Notes under the pieces: generated by a model
What the model was told of the DNA's origin: nothing
The model's database searches: none
The model's input: the letters and a program-made list of their open reading frames with translations, nothing else
Shown here: positions 1-8,849 of the stretch, one piece after another
Numbering within the stretch: the first letter of the stretch is position 1
How the letters are laid out: each line of letters begins with the position of its first letter
Source: Cylindrospermopsis raciborskii Cr2010
GTDB taxonomy: Bacteria; Cyanobacteriota; Cyanobacteriia; Cyanobacteriales; Nostocaceae
Assembly: GCF_003367075.2 (NCBI RefSeq)
Contig: NZ_CP065936.1
Location: 810,001 to 842,000 of the forward strand
Length of the DNA: 32,000 bases
Reading direction: 5' to 3'
Program-made: the position numbers and the translations under genes

Positions 1-247
1 AATTTAAGTTTAATTGAGTTAGCTTTTATCTATACTTTATTATAAGAATTGTGATAAGAAGCGCGATCTGGCGAGTGCTAGTGCTTTCCGATCTCCCATA
101 GGGAGTGCTTTGTAATCGCGTCTTGATATATAGTGGGTTTACAAAGCTGTGGTATAATGGGTAGAAAAAGTATGAGAACTATAAAAGGCTACGGCACTTC
201 CAGAGATTTTTTTGTGAAATTCTTATTCTTATTTTAGGATAATGGCA

Positions 248-282
248 GAAACTAAAATAAGATTAAATCTTATTTTAGTTTC
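248..282. repeat. Perfect 35-nt palindrome with 16-bp arms and a 3-nt loop, just upstream of the Fic-like fragment
   Basis: GAAACTAAAATAAGAT (248-263) / TAA / ATCTTATTTTAGTTTC (267-282), read directly. A third partial arm copy, TCTTATTTTAG, lies at 227-237. Confidence 0.8.
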
Positions 283-285
283 AAG

Positions 286-486
286 GTGGAGCAAATGAAA
301 CGAGGGATTCAGGGACATTATGTGACCATTTCCACAGCAGGTGAGAGGGCGCATGCTTTTATTCCCAAGCCTTTACCTCCTCATCCCGCCATTGAGTGGA
401 CACAGACACTATCTAGCAAATTTGATCAAGCACTTGTTAGCCTTGGTCGTCGGTGCGATCGCACTCTCAAATTATATAATCCATAA
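286..486 (+). pseudogene. N-terminal fragment of a Fic/DOC-family protein, 3'-truncated
   Basis: 'GHYVTISTAGERAHAFIPKPLPPHP...ALVSLGR' matches the usual N-terminal region of Fic family proteins (G.Y...AFIP.PLPP). No Fic core motif follows. The reading frame degenerates at the HIP1 site 455-462 and stops at 486. Confidence 0.5.
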
Positions 487-561
487 ATGCGATCGCACAT
501 CCTTGGTTAAATAGCAGTATAATGTCAAAGATAATCTTGAGCAAAAGAATGAGATAGTGCA

Positions 562-987
562 TTATAATATATTCAGGTTCCTGTCAGTAACATCCTTGAG
601 AGTGTAACAGCAATTAACTGGTATCTCCATACCTGTTTCAGCGATCGCATCCAAACGAGCTTTTTGGTAAATCCTATTTAAAAACTCGTCCGTCATATAT
701 TTTTTAAGACTCGGACTATCGATTAAATAATCCTCAATATTGCTCCTTTCTCTTTGAACAGTCACCAACCAACTTCGCGATCGCAATTCAGGTTGATAGT
801 CCCACTTGAGTAAGTGATGCAATATTAGTCGCATACTACTTAATAACCGATCTCGTTCTCGTTTCGACAAGTCTCTAATTTCTTCCACTAAGTTTATGAT
901 ATCTAGCTTATCAAAATGCCCGTTAGCAATTAGATCAGCCATCTTTTCTGACCAGAGAGCAAAATCTTGTTCATACAAGGTTGTCAT
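562..987 (-). CDS. DUF29 family protein
   Basis: 141 aa. 'LYEQDFALWSEKMADLI...FDKLDIINLVEEIRDLSKRERDRL.S....ILHHLLKW.YQP' is the typical DUF29 pattern. It is paralogous to 13545..14012 and to the fragment at 3688..3975. Confidence 0.85.
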   Translation of the reverse strand: MTTLYEQDFALWSEKMADLIANGHFDKLDIINLVEEIRDLSKRERDRLLSSMRLILHHLLKWDYQPELRSRSWLVTVQRERSNIEDYLIDSPSLKKYMTDEFLNRIYQKARLDAIAETGMEIPVNCCYTLKDVTDRNLNIL

Positions 988-1092
988 AGTTTGTATATCT
1001 GTTCATAGAAATTATCTGTCCCGTCATCATAATTAAGAAATTCCGTCATTTTTTAGCAGTTGCAATTATCATGACTATGACTCCTATAAAAT

Positions 1093-1122
1093 GCTGACTT
1101 TACTATTTTAACAAGCGATCGC
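1093..1122. repeat. 30-bp perfect direct repeat, copy 1 (GCTGACTTTACTATTTTAACAAGCGATCGC)
   Basis: Identical 30-mer at 1227-1256. Both copies end in a HIP1 site. Confidence 0.85.
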
Positions 1123-1226
1123 GAAGTACTCGCTGTGGGCGATCGCATTTATGGTGGGGTAGGTAAGGTGGAAAAAACTGATGGGGGAGTAAACTTTTAG
1201 TTGGGATGAAACCAAATCAAAAAAAA

Positions 1227-1256
1227 GCTGACTTTACTATTTTAACAAGCGATCGC
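1227..1256. repeat. 30-bp perfect direct repeat, copy 2
   Basis: Identical to 1093-1122. Lies in the intergenic region between the DUF29 gene and the alkaline phosphatase gene. Confidence 0.85.
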
Positions 1257-1306
1257 CCAGTGATAGGTTAGAGTACATAGGAAATCATTGCTGAAGAAAC
1301 TAGTTT

Positions 1307-3292
1307 TTAAGGATTAGAACTCGTTATGGCTCTTTTCATGGTTTGAAATATGTGGGTTTGATCCACTAAACCACGTCCACCTGGTATAGTATAGGTAGAC
1401 CCAGTACTGTCTGTAAATTTTACGTTCTGTCCTGCATATATGGTTAAATTACCAGAATAAGCTCCCTGATAATAAACAGGTACAGGTCTTCTAGTATGAT
1501 TGCCCCACAGATACTTTTGGGTGGGATCTGACCCCCAAAAATGACCAGCATCTCTGGGGTTGTGCTTGATAAAGGTAATATCCTTGGCATTATATTTCAA
1601 TCCCCTAGCCATTTTTCCATCTTGGGGAGTTAATTTCTGGGGAAAATCATCGTTTAGTGTCAGATAGTGGTCATGGTCAGCAGTCACAATCAGCAAATTT
1701 TTCTTCCATCCACCATTAGTGTTAATCCAATCAACCACACTTTGAACGGCTTTGTCAAAGTCATTGACTGTACCAATTAAATTATCCATATTATTGTCAT
1801 GAGCTGCCCAGTCAATATCACCACCCTCTACCATTAGCCAGAAACCATCCCTATCTTTACCAAGGACAGTTAGAGCTGCTTTGGTCATTTCCTCTAAGGT
1901 GGGATTTTCGTTGATTTCTCTAGCAATAAAGGAAGCATTGGTTTCACCAGGAGCCAAAGGACGAACAGTATCTGTATTAGCTGAGTTAGCAGTGGTAGGG
2001 TTCCCCGATTTATCAATTACTGGTATACATTCATTGGTAGAAGCAGTAATTATTTTCCCGGAAGCGCAACTAGAAGTAGTTCCAGTTTTCACCACCGAGC
2101 TATACAAACCAAACTGTCCTAACCCTGTGAGACTATAATCTCCCTTAGAAGAACTGACAGGTATATTACCATCTTGACCACGGGCCCCATACAGACCAAA
2201 CAGTTTATCACCATTGTTTGGATTAGTATTTGCAGCAGTCTGTGCTAGGATTTCACTGGCATTGGGACCTCGTTCCAAAAAAGTATAACCATAGCGATTC
2301 TTGAGGTTAGGTTTGGTAAGGTGATTAACTGCACAAGCAACTGTGTCGGAGATTTCTGTTTTGCCACTTAAATTCTTATAAGTATCTCCAGTAATATAAG
2401 TATATTTACATACGTATCCAGTAGCTGTAGAATTGGATAAATCCAGAGGGTGTCCACCACCCAACAAAACATTGGGTTGAAAATCTAACAGTGTTTGTTG
2501 CAATATGCTATCCTGGTTGGTCTTTTTGGGGTCATAAGTACTGTCATATTTGTTGCGACGATTAACAAAGGAAGCTGCTGCTCCAGGAGTCGCATGGCTC
2601 ACAGGTACTGAGGTTACTAAACCTGTGGACTTACCTTGCTGTTTAGCAATTTCCAGAATGGTGGTTAGTTTCTTCTCATAAATATCCACACCCATGGCGT
2701 TATTATAACTCTTTACGCCTGTATATAAGGTTGTAGCCGTGTTAGCGGAATCAGGATAGCTATATTTAATGTACTCCTTATTGTAACTACTAGGACGAGC
2801 AGGAGTCAGAGGGATCCAGGGAGTAGGTCCCCCTTGAGATATGTCGTATCCAACAACATTGCCAGGGTTTGTACTGTTGCCATCGGAGCGATTACCAGGA
2901 TTAAGTGGGGAGGAATTAAATGAAAAGCCCTCAATTACCTGACTAGCTCCTGTGACTGGATTACTACCGTCCAGGGCAGAGTTTCCAGTAGATTTAGTTC
3001 CATTACCCCTCTGAATGGTAGTACCAAAAGTGGTTACTAGTCCATATCCGGTTAAAGTTTGCATACTTAAACCAGATCCTTTGCCTGCAGTATAAAAAGC
3101 CCCACCTCTAGCTACTGCAGCAGCACGGGTCATATTCCAACCCATGCCATCACCAATCATGAGAATGACGTTAATGCCATTACCAGTGGCTAAGACAGTT
3201 TGAGGATAACTAAAAGCCACTATAAAGACCGAGAAAATTAGGGAAAGACTGAAGGATATAAGTCTTCTGCACCTGTTTGATAATGATGGCAT
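1307..3292 (-). CDS. Secreted alkaline phosphatase (PhoA family) with low-complexity N/S/G/T-rich insertions
   Basis: 661 aa with an N-terminal signal-like hydrophobic segment. Motifs: 'MIGDGMG', 'DSANTATTLYTG' (D-S-A nucleophile region), 'SHATPGAA', 'EGGDIDWAAHDNN', 'TADHDH', 'GNHT'. Confidence 0.85.
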   Translation of the reverse strand: MPSLSNRCRRLISFSLSLIFSVFIVAFSYPQTVLATGNGINVILMIGDGMGWNMTRAAAVARGGAFYTAGKGSGLSMQTLTGYGLVTTFGTTIQRGNGTKSTGNSALDGSNPVTGASQVIEGFSFNSSPLNPGNRSDGNSTNPGNVVGYDISQGGPTPWIPLTPARPSSYNKEYIKYSYPDSANTATTLYTGVKSYNNAMGVDIYEKKLTTILEIAKQQGKSTGLVTSVPVSHATPGAAASFVNRRNKYDSTYDPKKTNQDSILQQTLLDFQPNVLLGGGHPLDLSNSTATGYVCKYTYITGDTYKNLSGKTEISDTVACAVNHLTKPNLKNRYGYTFLERGPNASEILAQTAANTNPNNGDKLFGLYGARGQDGNIPVSSSKGDYSLTGLGQFGLYSSVVKTGTTSSCASGKIITASTNECIPVIDKSGNPTTANSANTDTVRPLAPGETNASFIAREINENPTLEEMTKAALTVLGKDRDGFWLMVEGGDIDWAAHDNNMDNLIGTVNDFDKAVQSVVDWINTNGGWKKNLLIVTADHDHYLTLNDDFPQKLTPQDGKMARGLKYNAKDITFIKHNPRDAGHFWGSDPTQKYLWGNHTRRPVPVYYQGAYSGNLTIYAGQNVKFTDSTGSTYTIPGGRGLVDQTHIFQTMKRAITSSNP

Positions 3293-3687
3293 CCTGGTAT
3301 CTCTTAAAACTAGTGAGTTGAGTATTTACTGATAAAAATTGGGTTCTAAGTGCGTAGCGGTAAATTCTGAAACAATGGGTGTTATGTTATCGTTAGTGAG
3401 CTGATAGGGCGTATCCGGTTTTTCGTTGAACCCACTTAAAGACATTAATATGAAGGCGATTAGACCAGATACAAAGCAGATCACAGGTTTGTAATACTTT
3501 CGTGGTAACAATGAAATCATGTTTCTCTGGAAAAGAATCACTCCTATTCTATATTCTGGAGGTTGAGTTCGGGTTAAGTTTTTGTTAAGATTTGAAGGGG
3601 GCAACTGTTAGATTGCTACAATCAGAAGTGGCGACCTACTCCTAATCATCTCATAGCTTCTTAGTACAGCTAATAAACCGGCTAGAA

Positions 3688-3975
3688 ATGACAAGTCTTT
3701 ATGAAAAAGATTTCTGCCAATGGGTTGAGCAGACTACCCATTGTCCCGTTAATGGTGATTTTGCAGCAATTGATGTTGAGCATTTAGTTGAGGAATTAAA
3801 GGATCTGGGTAACTCCATTAAGCACTCTTTAGAGAGTAACTTAACTATCTTGCTAGCCCATCTACTAAAGCTGATGGTTCAGTCTGATGCACCCCCTAGT
3901 ATGAAGAACAATTGGTATAATTCCGTCAAAGAGTTGCAAAACTCCTACACAAGAATCCTTGAGAATTATTATTGA
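3688..3975 (+). pseudogene. DUF29 family gene, 3'-truncated (95 aa versus about 140-155 aa in the paralogues)
   Basis: 'LYEKDFCQWVEQT...IDVEHLVEELKDLGNS.KHSLESNLTILLAHLLKL' aligns with the DUF29 protein at 13545..14012. It ends early, where it overlaps the convergent TetR gene end by 7 nt. Confidence 0.6.
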
Positions 3976-4595
3976 ATTGTGGATTCCTTCACCAAAACTC
4001 CATTTAAGAATATATCTGCTAAACCTTCGGCCATTTGTTGCATTTCCTGGGGAGATGCATTTGGTTCAATTAGAGTGTGATCAGAAAAACCTGCGATCGC
4101 GAACATTCCTAAAAATACTTTAGCAACCAATTTAGCATCCATTTGGCGATAGATACCCCTATCCATGGCGGTTTGGAAAAATGCTTCTGCAACACTGGTC
4201 ATTTTATCAATCACCTCAGTTTGGATGCGATTCTGCAAATCTGGATGAAACTGCACCTCCATGAAACAAACTCGCATCAAATCAACATTCTTTTGCATGT
4301 TCCACATTCTGCGACGCATAACCTGAGCTATGGCTTTATAACTACCCATTTCACTCAATTCTGTCAGTAGGTCCGTGAGAATTTCTACCCAACCATTGGT
4401 TGCTACCTCTACCAGAATTGCCTTTTTATTGGCAAAATGACGAAAGAGTGTACCCTCAGCAACTCCTGCAGCGTGGGCTAAATCACGGGTAGTAGTGCTA
4501 TCAAATCCCCTGGAAGCAAATAAACGCAATGCTGCTATAACAATGCGGCTACGGGTTTGAGCTTCTGAAGGGGAGGAATAATGAAAAACTGGCAT
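3969..4595 (-). CDS. TetR/AcrR family transcriptional regulator
   Basis: HTH region 'IVIAALRLFASRGFDSTTTRDLAHAAGVAEGTLFRHFANKKAIL'. I chose the start at ATG 4595 (MPVFHY...); the ORF extends to 4640. Divergent from the M16 peptidase pair. Confidence 0.85.
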   Translation of the reverse strand: MPVFHYSSPSEAQTRSRIVIAALRLFASRGFDSTTTRDLAHAAGVAEGTLFRHFANKKAILVEVATNGWVEILTDLLTELSEMGSYKAIAQVMRRRMWNMQKNVDLMRVCFMEVQFHPDLQNRIQTEVIDKMTSVAEAFFQTAMDRGIYRQMDAKLVAKVFLGMFAIAGFSDHTLIEPNASPQEMQQMAEGLADIFLNGVLVKESTIQ

Positions 4596-4748
4596 AGTAG
4601 TTATTCGGTGTGTGTTAGGGAACACGAATTTTATCTGCATTGTCTAACATGAAAGTTAGGAAGTACGGAAAGCTTAATAGAAGATTAATGCTTTGTTTGC
4701 TATCTGACCGGAATTTTAAAGAATTGTAAATTTAGTTGGATTTTTGCT

Positions 4749-6296
4749 ATGACCCATTGGATTTTTACTTGTATGAGGCGTTTTCTGGTAATAACCCTAG
4801 CATTTTTCTTATTTTGTGGTAATTTTCCCATTCAAACAGCGATCGCCCTACAAGGTAATCAAAGTTCGATTAAGCCCTATTTAGACCGAGTTGTTAAGCA
4901 ACTAACAGAGTTCACTTTAGATAATGGTTTAAAGTTTATTGTCTTGGAAAGACATCAAGCACCCGTGGTTTCTTTTCTGACTTATGCAAATGTTGGGGGG
5001 ATAGATGAACCAGATGGACAAACAGGAGTAGCTCATTTTTTGGAACACTTAGCTTTTAAGGGAACTAAGCGTATTGGTACAACAAACTACAAAGAGGAGA
5101 AGCCCTTATTAGATAAATTAGAGCAATTAGATAGTCAAATTAGAGCTGCCAAGAGTGAAAATAGAACGGAAGAGCTAGAAAAGCTAAAAAAAGAGTTCAA
5201 AACCGTAGAAGCTCAAGCTGGGAAATTGGTGAAACAAAATGAAATGGGTCAAATAGTTGAACAAGCTGGAGGTGTGGGTTTAAATGCTAATACTTCTAGT
5301 GAAGCAACCCGTTACTTTTATAGTTTTCCCGCCAATAAATTGGAGCTGTGGATGTCTCTGGAATCAGAAAGATTTTTAGAACCGGTATTCCGAGAATTTT
5401 ATAAAGAAAGGGATGTGATTTTAGAAGAAAGACGAATGCGGGTAGAAAATTCTCCCGTAGGGTTAATGGTTGAAAAATTCACCGATGTTGCTTTTAAAGT
5501 TCACCCTTACCGGAGACCTGTTATTGGTTATGATGAAGATATTCGTAACCTTTCTCCAGCTAATGTGAGGGAGTTTTTTAACAAGTATTATGTTCCCAGT
5601 AATTTAACCATTGCGGTGGTTGGTGATGTTAACCCTAATCAGGTTAAAAGATTGGCCAAAATTTATTTTGGTAGATATCCAGCTAAACCGAAAGCACAAG
5701 CTAAAATTAACCCCGAACCTAAACAAACCAGCACCAGAGAAATTACCGTAGAACTACCCTCACAACCTTGGTACTTGGAGGGCTATCATCGTCCTAGTAT
5801 CACTGACCCCGATAACGCTGTTTACGATATTATCAGCAGTTTACTAAGTAATGGTAGGACTTCACGACTGTATAAATCTTTGATTGAAACCCAAAGAGTG
5901 GCTTTGGTGGCGGAAGGGATTAGTGGTTTTCCAGGAGACAAGTATCCTAATTTAATGTTATTTTATGCTCTGACAGCACCAGGTCATACAGTAGATAAAT
6001 TGGCGATCGCCCTAGGTCAGGAAATTACCAAATTGCAAACCCAGCTCGTATCTGAGAAAGAATTAGAGCGAGTCAAAACACAAGCTAGAGCAGGTTTACT
6101 AAGGAGTTTAGATTCCAATATGGGTATGGCACAGCAACTATTGGAATATGAAGTGAAAACAGGTTCTTGGCGGAATTTATTCAAGCAATTGGATGACATT
6201 ACAAAGGTTACCCCTGCGGATATTCAAAGAGTAGCACAATCAACCTTCACAGCGGAAAATCGCACAATTGGTAAATTACTTTCCCAAAAATCATAG
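4749..6296 (+). CDS. M16 (pitrilysin) family zinc peptidase, catalytic-type subunit, with N-terminal signal/TM
   Basis: 515 aa. Inverted zinc motif HxxEH is present ('GVAHFLEHLAFKGT'). N-terminal hydrophobic segment 'FLVITLAFFLFCG'. Confidence 0.85.
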   Translation: MTHWIFTCMRRFLVITLAFFLFCGNFPIQTAIALQGNQSSIKPYLDRVVKQLTEFTLDNGLKFIVLERHQAPVVSFLTYANVGGIDEPDGQTGVAHFLEHLAFKGTKRIGTTNYKEEKPLLDKLEQLDSQIRAAKSENRTEELEKLKKEFKTVEAQAGKLVKQNEMGQIVEQAGGVGLNANTSSEATRYFYSFPANKLELWMSLESERFLEPVFREFYKERDVILEERRMRVENSPVGLMVEKFTDVAFKVHPYRRPVIGYDEDIRNLSPANVREFFNKYYVPSNLTIAVVGDVNPNQVKRLAKIYFGRYPAKPKAQAKINPEPKQTSTREITVELPSQPWYLEGYHRPSITDPDNAVYDIISSLLSNGRTSRLYKSLIETQRVALVAEGISGFPGDKYPNLMLFYALTAPGHTVDKLAIALGQEITKLQTQLVSEKELERVKTQARAGLLRSLDSNMGMAQQLLEYEVKTGSWRNLFKQLDDITKVTPADIQRVAQSTFTAENRTIGKLLSQKS

Positions 6297-6319
6297 GTAG
6301 AGAGGAAGAAAGCAGAACC

Positions 6320-7837
6320 ATGGTCAGGAGTAAAAAATTGAAATTTTCACGTAATATTTTCCCCAAGTTGGGTAGAACTTGGCAATTATTTTTCGCGGTA
6401 GTAATTGCCTTAGTATTGACCTTGAATTTCTCAAGGGTAGCAACAGCAGCAGCGAAGCATTATACCGACTTACAATTCAATTCTTTACCGGGAATTAAAC
6501 TGCCAAAGTATGAGCGATTCCAATTAAACAACGGTTTAGTCGTCTATTTAATGGAGGATCATGAATTACCCTTAGTTAGTGGAACAACTCTAATTAAGAC
6601 TGGTAGTCGTTGGGAAGCAGGAGACAAAGTTGGTTTGGGTGACGTTGTAGGTTCACTAATGCGCATTGGAGGAACTAACAAACACTCCCCGGATGAACTA
6701 AATGAAATTTTGGAGCAAAGAGCAGCATCCGTAGAAACTGATATTAATGAAAGCACTGGAACTGCGAGTTTTGAAAGTTTAACTGAAGATTTAGAAACTG
6801 TGTTCGGGTTGTTTGCAGAAGTCTTACGAGAACCAGCTTTTGCTCCAGAAAAGTTGGAATTGATTAAAACTCAAATTAAGGGAAGTATTGCCCGTCGCAA
6901 TGATGATTCTGACAATATTGCCAGTCGGGAGTTTCGCAAATTAATCTATGGTCAAAATAGTCCCTATGCACGCACTATAGAATATGCAACTCTGGATAAA
7001 ATCCAGCGAGAAGATGTGATTAACTTCTATCGGAAATATTTCCATCCCAATAACATAATCCTGGGAATTGTGGGGGATTTTAACCCGAAAAAAATGCGCT
7101 CTCTGATTCAGACTAAACTGGGTGATTGGCAACCTAATCTCAACATTGCTAAAACTCAATTACCACCAGTGCAGCAAGCTAATTTAAGTGGGTTATTCTT
7201 TGTCAATCAACCACAACTGACACAGAGCAGCATTTTGATGGGACATTTGGGGGGAAAATTCAATAGTCCAGATTATGCAGCATTAGATGTGATGAATGGT
7301 GTGCTAAATGGGTTTGGAGGAAGACTATTTAATGAAGTGCGATCGCGCCAAGGTTTAGCCTACTCTGTATATGGTTTATGGAATCCCCGTTTTGATTATC
7401 CGGGTGTGTTTATTGCTGGTGGACAAACTCGTTCTGATGCTACCGTACAGTTTATAAAATCCATTCAATTAGAGATTGAGCGCATTCAAAAGCAACCAGT
7501 AACAGCGAAAGAATTAAGGTATGCTAAGGAGTCCACCCTAAATTCTTTTGTATTCAATTTTCAGGATCCAGGTCAAACCCTGTCACGGTTAATGCGTTAT
7601 GAATATTATGGTTATCCTGCTGACTTTCTGTTTCGCTATCAAAAAGCGGTGACAAAAACCACAGCTGCAGATGTGCAAAGAGTGGCTCAGAAATATCTCA
7701 AACCAGAGAATTTAGTTACTTTAGTCGTAGGAAATCAAAGTGCCATTCAACCACCGTTAACCCAGTTAGCAAGTAAAATTACACCAATAGATATCACCAT
7801 TCCCGGATCTCAAGACACAGGCTCAAAAATCAACTGA
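6320..7837 (+). CDS. M16 family peptidase-like protein lacking the HxxEH motif (non-catalytic-type partner)
   Basis: 505 aa, paralogous in layout to the upstream gene. The equivalent position reads 'GDVVGSLMRIGGTNKHS'. There is a 23-nt gap from the upstream gene, so an operon pair is likely. Confidence 0.8.
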   Translation: MVRSKKLKFSRNIFPKLGRTWQLFFAVVIALVLTLNFSRVATAAAKHYTDLQFNSLPGIKLPKYERFQLNNGLVVYLMEDHELPLVSGTTLIKTGSRWEAGDKVGLGDVVGSLMRIGGTNKHSPDELNEILEQRAASVETDINESTGTASFESLTEDLETVFGLFAEVLREPAFAPEKLELIKTQIKGSIARRNDDSDNIASREFRKLIYGQNSPYARTIEYATLDKIQREDVINFYRKYFHPNNIILGIVGDFNPKKMRSLIQTKLGDWQPNLNIAKTQLPPVQQANLSGLFFVNQPQLTQSSILMGHLGGKFNSPDYAALDVMNGVLNGFGGRLFNEVRSRQGLAYSVYGLWNPRFDYPGVFIAGGQTRSDATVQFIKSIQLEIERIQKQPVTAKELRYAKESTLNSFVFNFQDPGQTLSRLMRYEYYGYPADFLFRYQKAVTKTTAADVQRVAQKYLKPENLVTLVVGNQSAIQPPLTQLASKITPIDITIPGSQDTGSKIN

Positions 7838-8073
7838 AAAGTAAATCTTCTCAGGAGATAGGAAACCAGTTCAAAGTTCTTACCTCACTCGTAAATCCCA
7901 GAGTTTCTAGCTTATAGAGTGGGGTAATTTAGAGACAATAAGCCTGAAGTTATGTCTATAAACTTGATATTGAAAGGTTGCAATTTTGAGAGATTATCTC
8001 AGAACATGAGAAAAAGAATTTAAAATTCTAAGTCAATTCTCCGTAACCCAAGATCTCACGAGGTGATGCAAAA

Positions 8074-8310
8074 ATGGACATAAAAATCAGTGATCTATAC
8101 CCTAATGGTGATGGCGACCTTTTGCAAGAAGTTACTCCTGGCGAAATGGTTAATATCCAAGGAGGTGTAAGACGAAGAAGGAGAAATTCCAATTCGGTTG
8201 AGAGTGGTGATATTTCCCAAATTTTAGGACGTGTCAACGACAACCTAGAAAGATGGAGAGTGGAGATTGATGACACACTAGATCAATTGAGAGATTCAGT
8301 CACCTTCTAA
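8074..8310 (+). CDS. Small peptide (78 aa) with a double-glycine type leader ('GEMVNIQGG') and a highly charged core beginning VRRRRRNSNS
   Basis: SD-like GAGGTGA at 8060-8066, 7 nt before the ATG. The leader 'MDIKISDL...DLLQEVTPGEMVNIQGG' fits the bacteriocin-type GG leader pattern (L..L....E(L/M)..I.GG). Confidence 0.55.
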   Translation: MDIKISDLYPNGDGDLLQEVTPGEMVNIQGGVRRRRRNSNSVESGDISQILGRVNDNLERWRVEIDDTLDQLRDSVTF

Positions 8311-8555
8311 CCTTTGAGTTAAGTTTTTACTAATTCTTATTATTCCTCCCTTGGTCAAGGGGGGATTTATTATATATTCAGGTAGCTGTTTTTAAAAACA
8401 GAAGGACATTAAATCATGACTAATGTCCAATCAACACAGTTCAAACCCTTGATTTTTTAAATTTTCTCCCATAAAAATAGGAGTATGGGTTGAGCAAACG
8501 TCAAACGCTCCCATCCCATATTCACCAATAAGAACAAGTATTCTAGGAGGAAATT

Positions 8556-8786
8556 ATGGCAAGTATTAAACTGGATCAGTTACAAACTACTGGTTCTGAA
8601 CTATTTCAAGATTCTGAAAGTTTTCTCAATGATATGAGTGATATCAACTCTATTTCTGTTCATGGAGGATTCGGATCCAATGTGAGTGACATGTCCATAT
8701 TCACCAAATTAGCAGAAGCATTTGTCAATACCTACGGTATTGGTCATATTGCCTATTTGGCTAAGTCCTACAGCAGTGGAGTATAA
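8556..8786 (+). CDS. GG-leader precursor-like peptide, tandem paralogue 1 (76 aa; leader to ...SISVHGG, 38-aa Cys-free core)
   Basis: RBS AGGAGGAAATT immediately before the ATG. The 38-aa leader 'MASIKLDQLQTTGSELFQDSESFLNDMSDINSISVHGG' is near-identical in paralogues 2 and 3. Core: FGSNVSDMSIFTKLAEAFVNTYGIGHIAYLAKSYSSGV. Confidence 0.75.
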   Translation: MASIKLDQLQTTGSELFQDSESFLNDMSDINSISVHGGFGSNVSDMSIFTKLAEAFVNTYGIGHIAYLAKSYSSGV

Positions 8787-8849
8787 AACTAAAACACTGT
8801 TGATTTAGGGAATGTTTATCACTAGCAATCAGTCTTTGAGGAGGAAATT

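Noticed and set aside
61-130. Imperfect inverted repeat (AGCGCGAT...ATCGCGTCT) enclosing repeated GAGTGCT(TT) motifs and a CTCCC-ATA-GGGAG hairpin, as a possible small RNA or MITE
   Set aside because: The arms are short and imperfect, the element sits at the window edge with unknown upstream context, and there is no terminator. The evidence is insufficient.
3326-3604. 92-aa minus-strand ORF upstream of the alkaline phosphatase gene
   Set aside because: It opens at TTG. A 64-aa version from ATG 3520 has one hydrophobic helix, but I recognise no RBS or family. Support is not enough to call it a gene.
1881-7159. Antisense or overlapping ORFs inside the phosphatase, TetR and M16 genes (1881..2138, 4143..4370, 6017..6199, 6559..6756, 6941..7159)
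   Set aside because: Each lies wholly inside a longer ORF on the opposite strand that has clear family motifs. None has independent support.
8028-8276. 82-aa minus-strand ORF antisense to the first GG-peptide gene
   Set aside because: It has no RBS and no recognisable motif. The plus-strand ORF has an SD and a canonical GG leader, so the antisense ORF is the likelier artefact.
8516-8528. 13-nt identity (CCATATTCACCAA) between the region upstream of paralogue 1 and the core-coding region (8696-8708), possibly a relic of a decayed fourth tandem copy
   Set aside because: The match is too short, and the flanking similarity is weak and not collinear in spacing. I cannot establish homology without a proper alignment.
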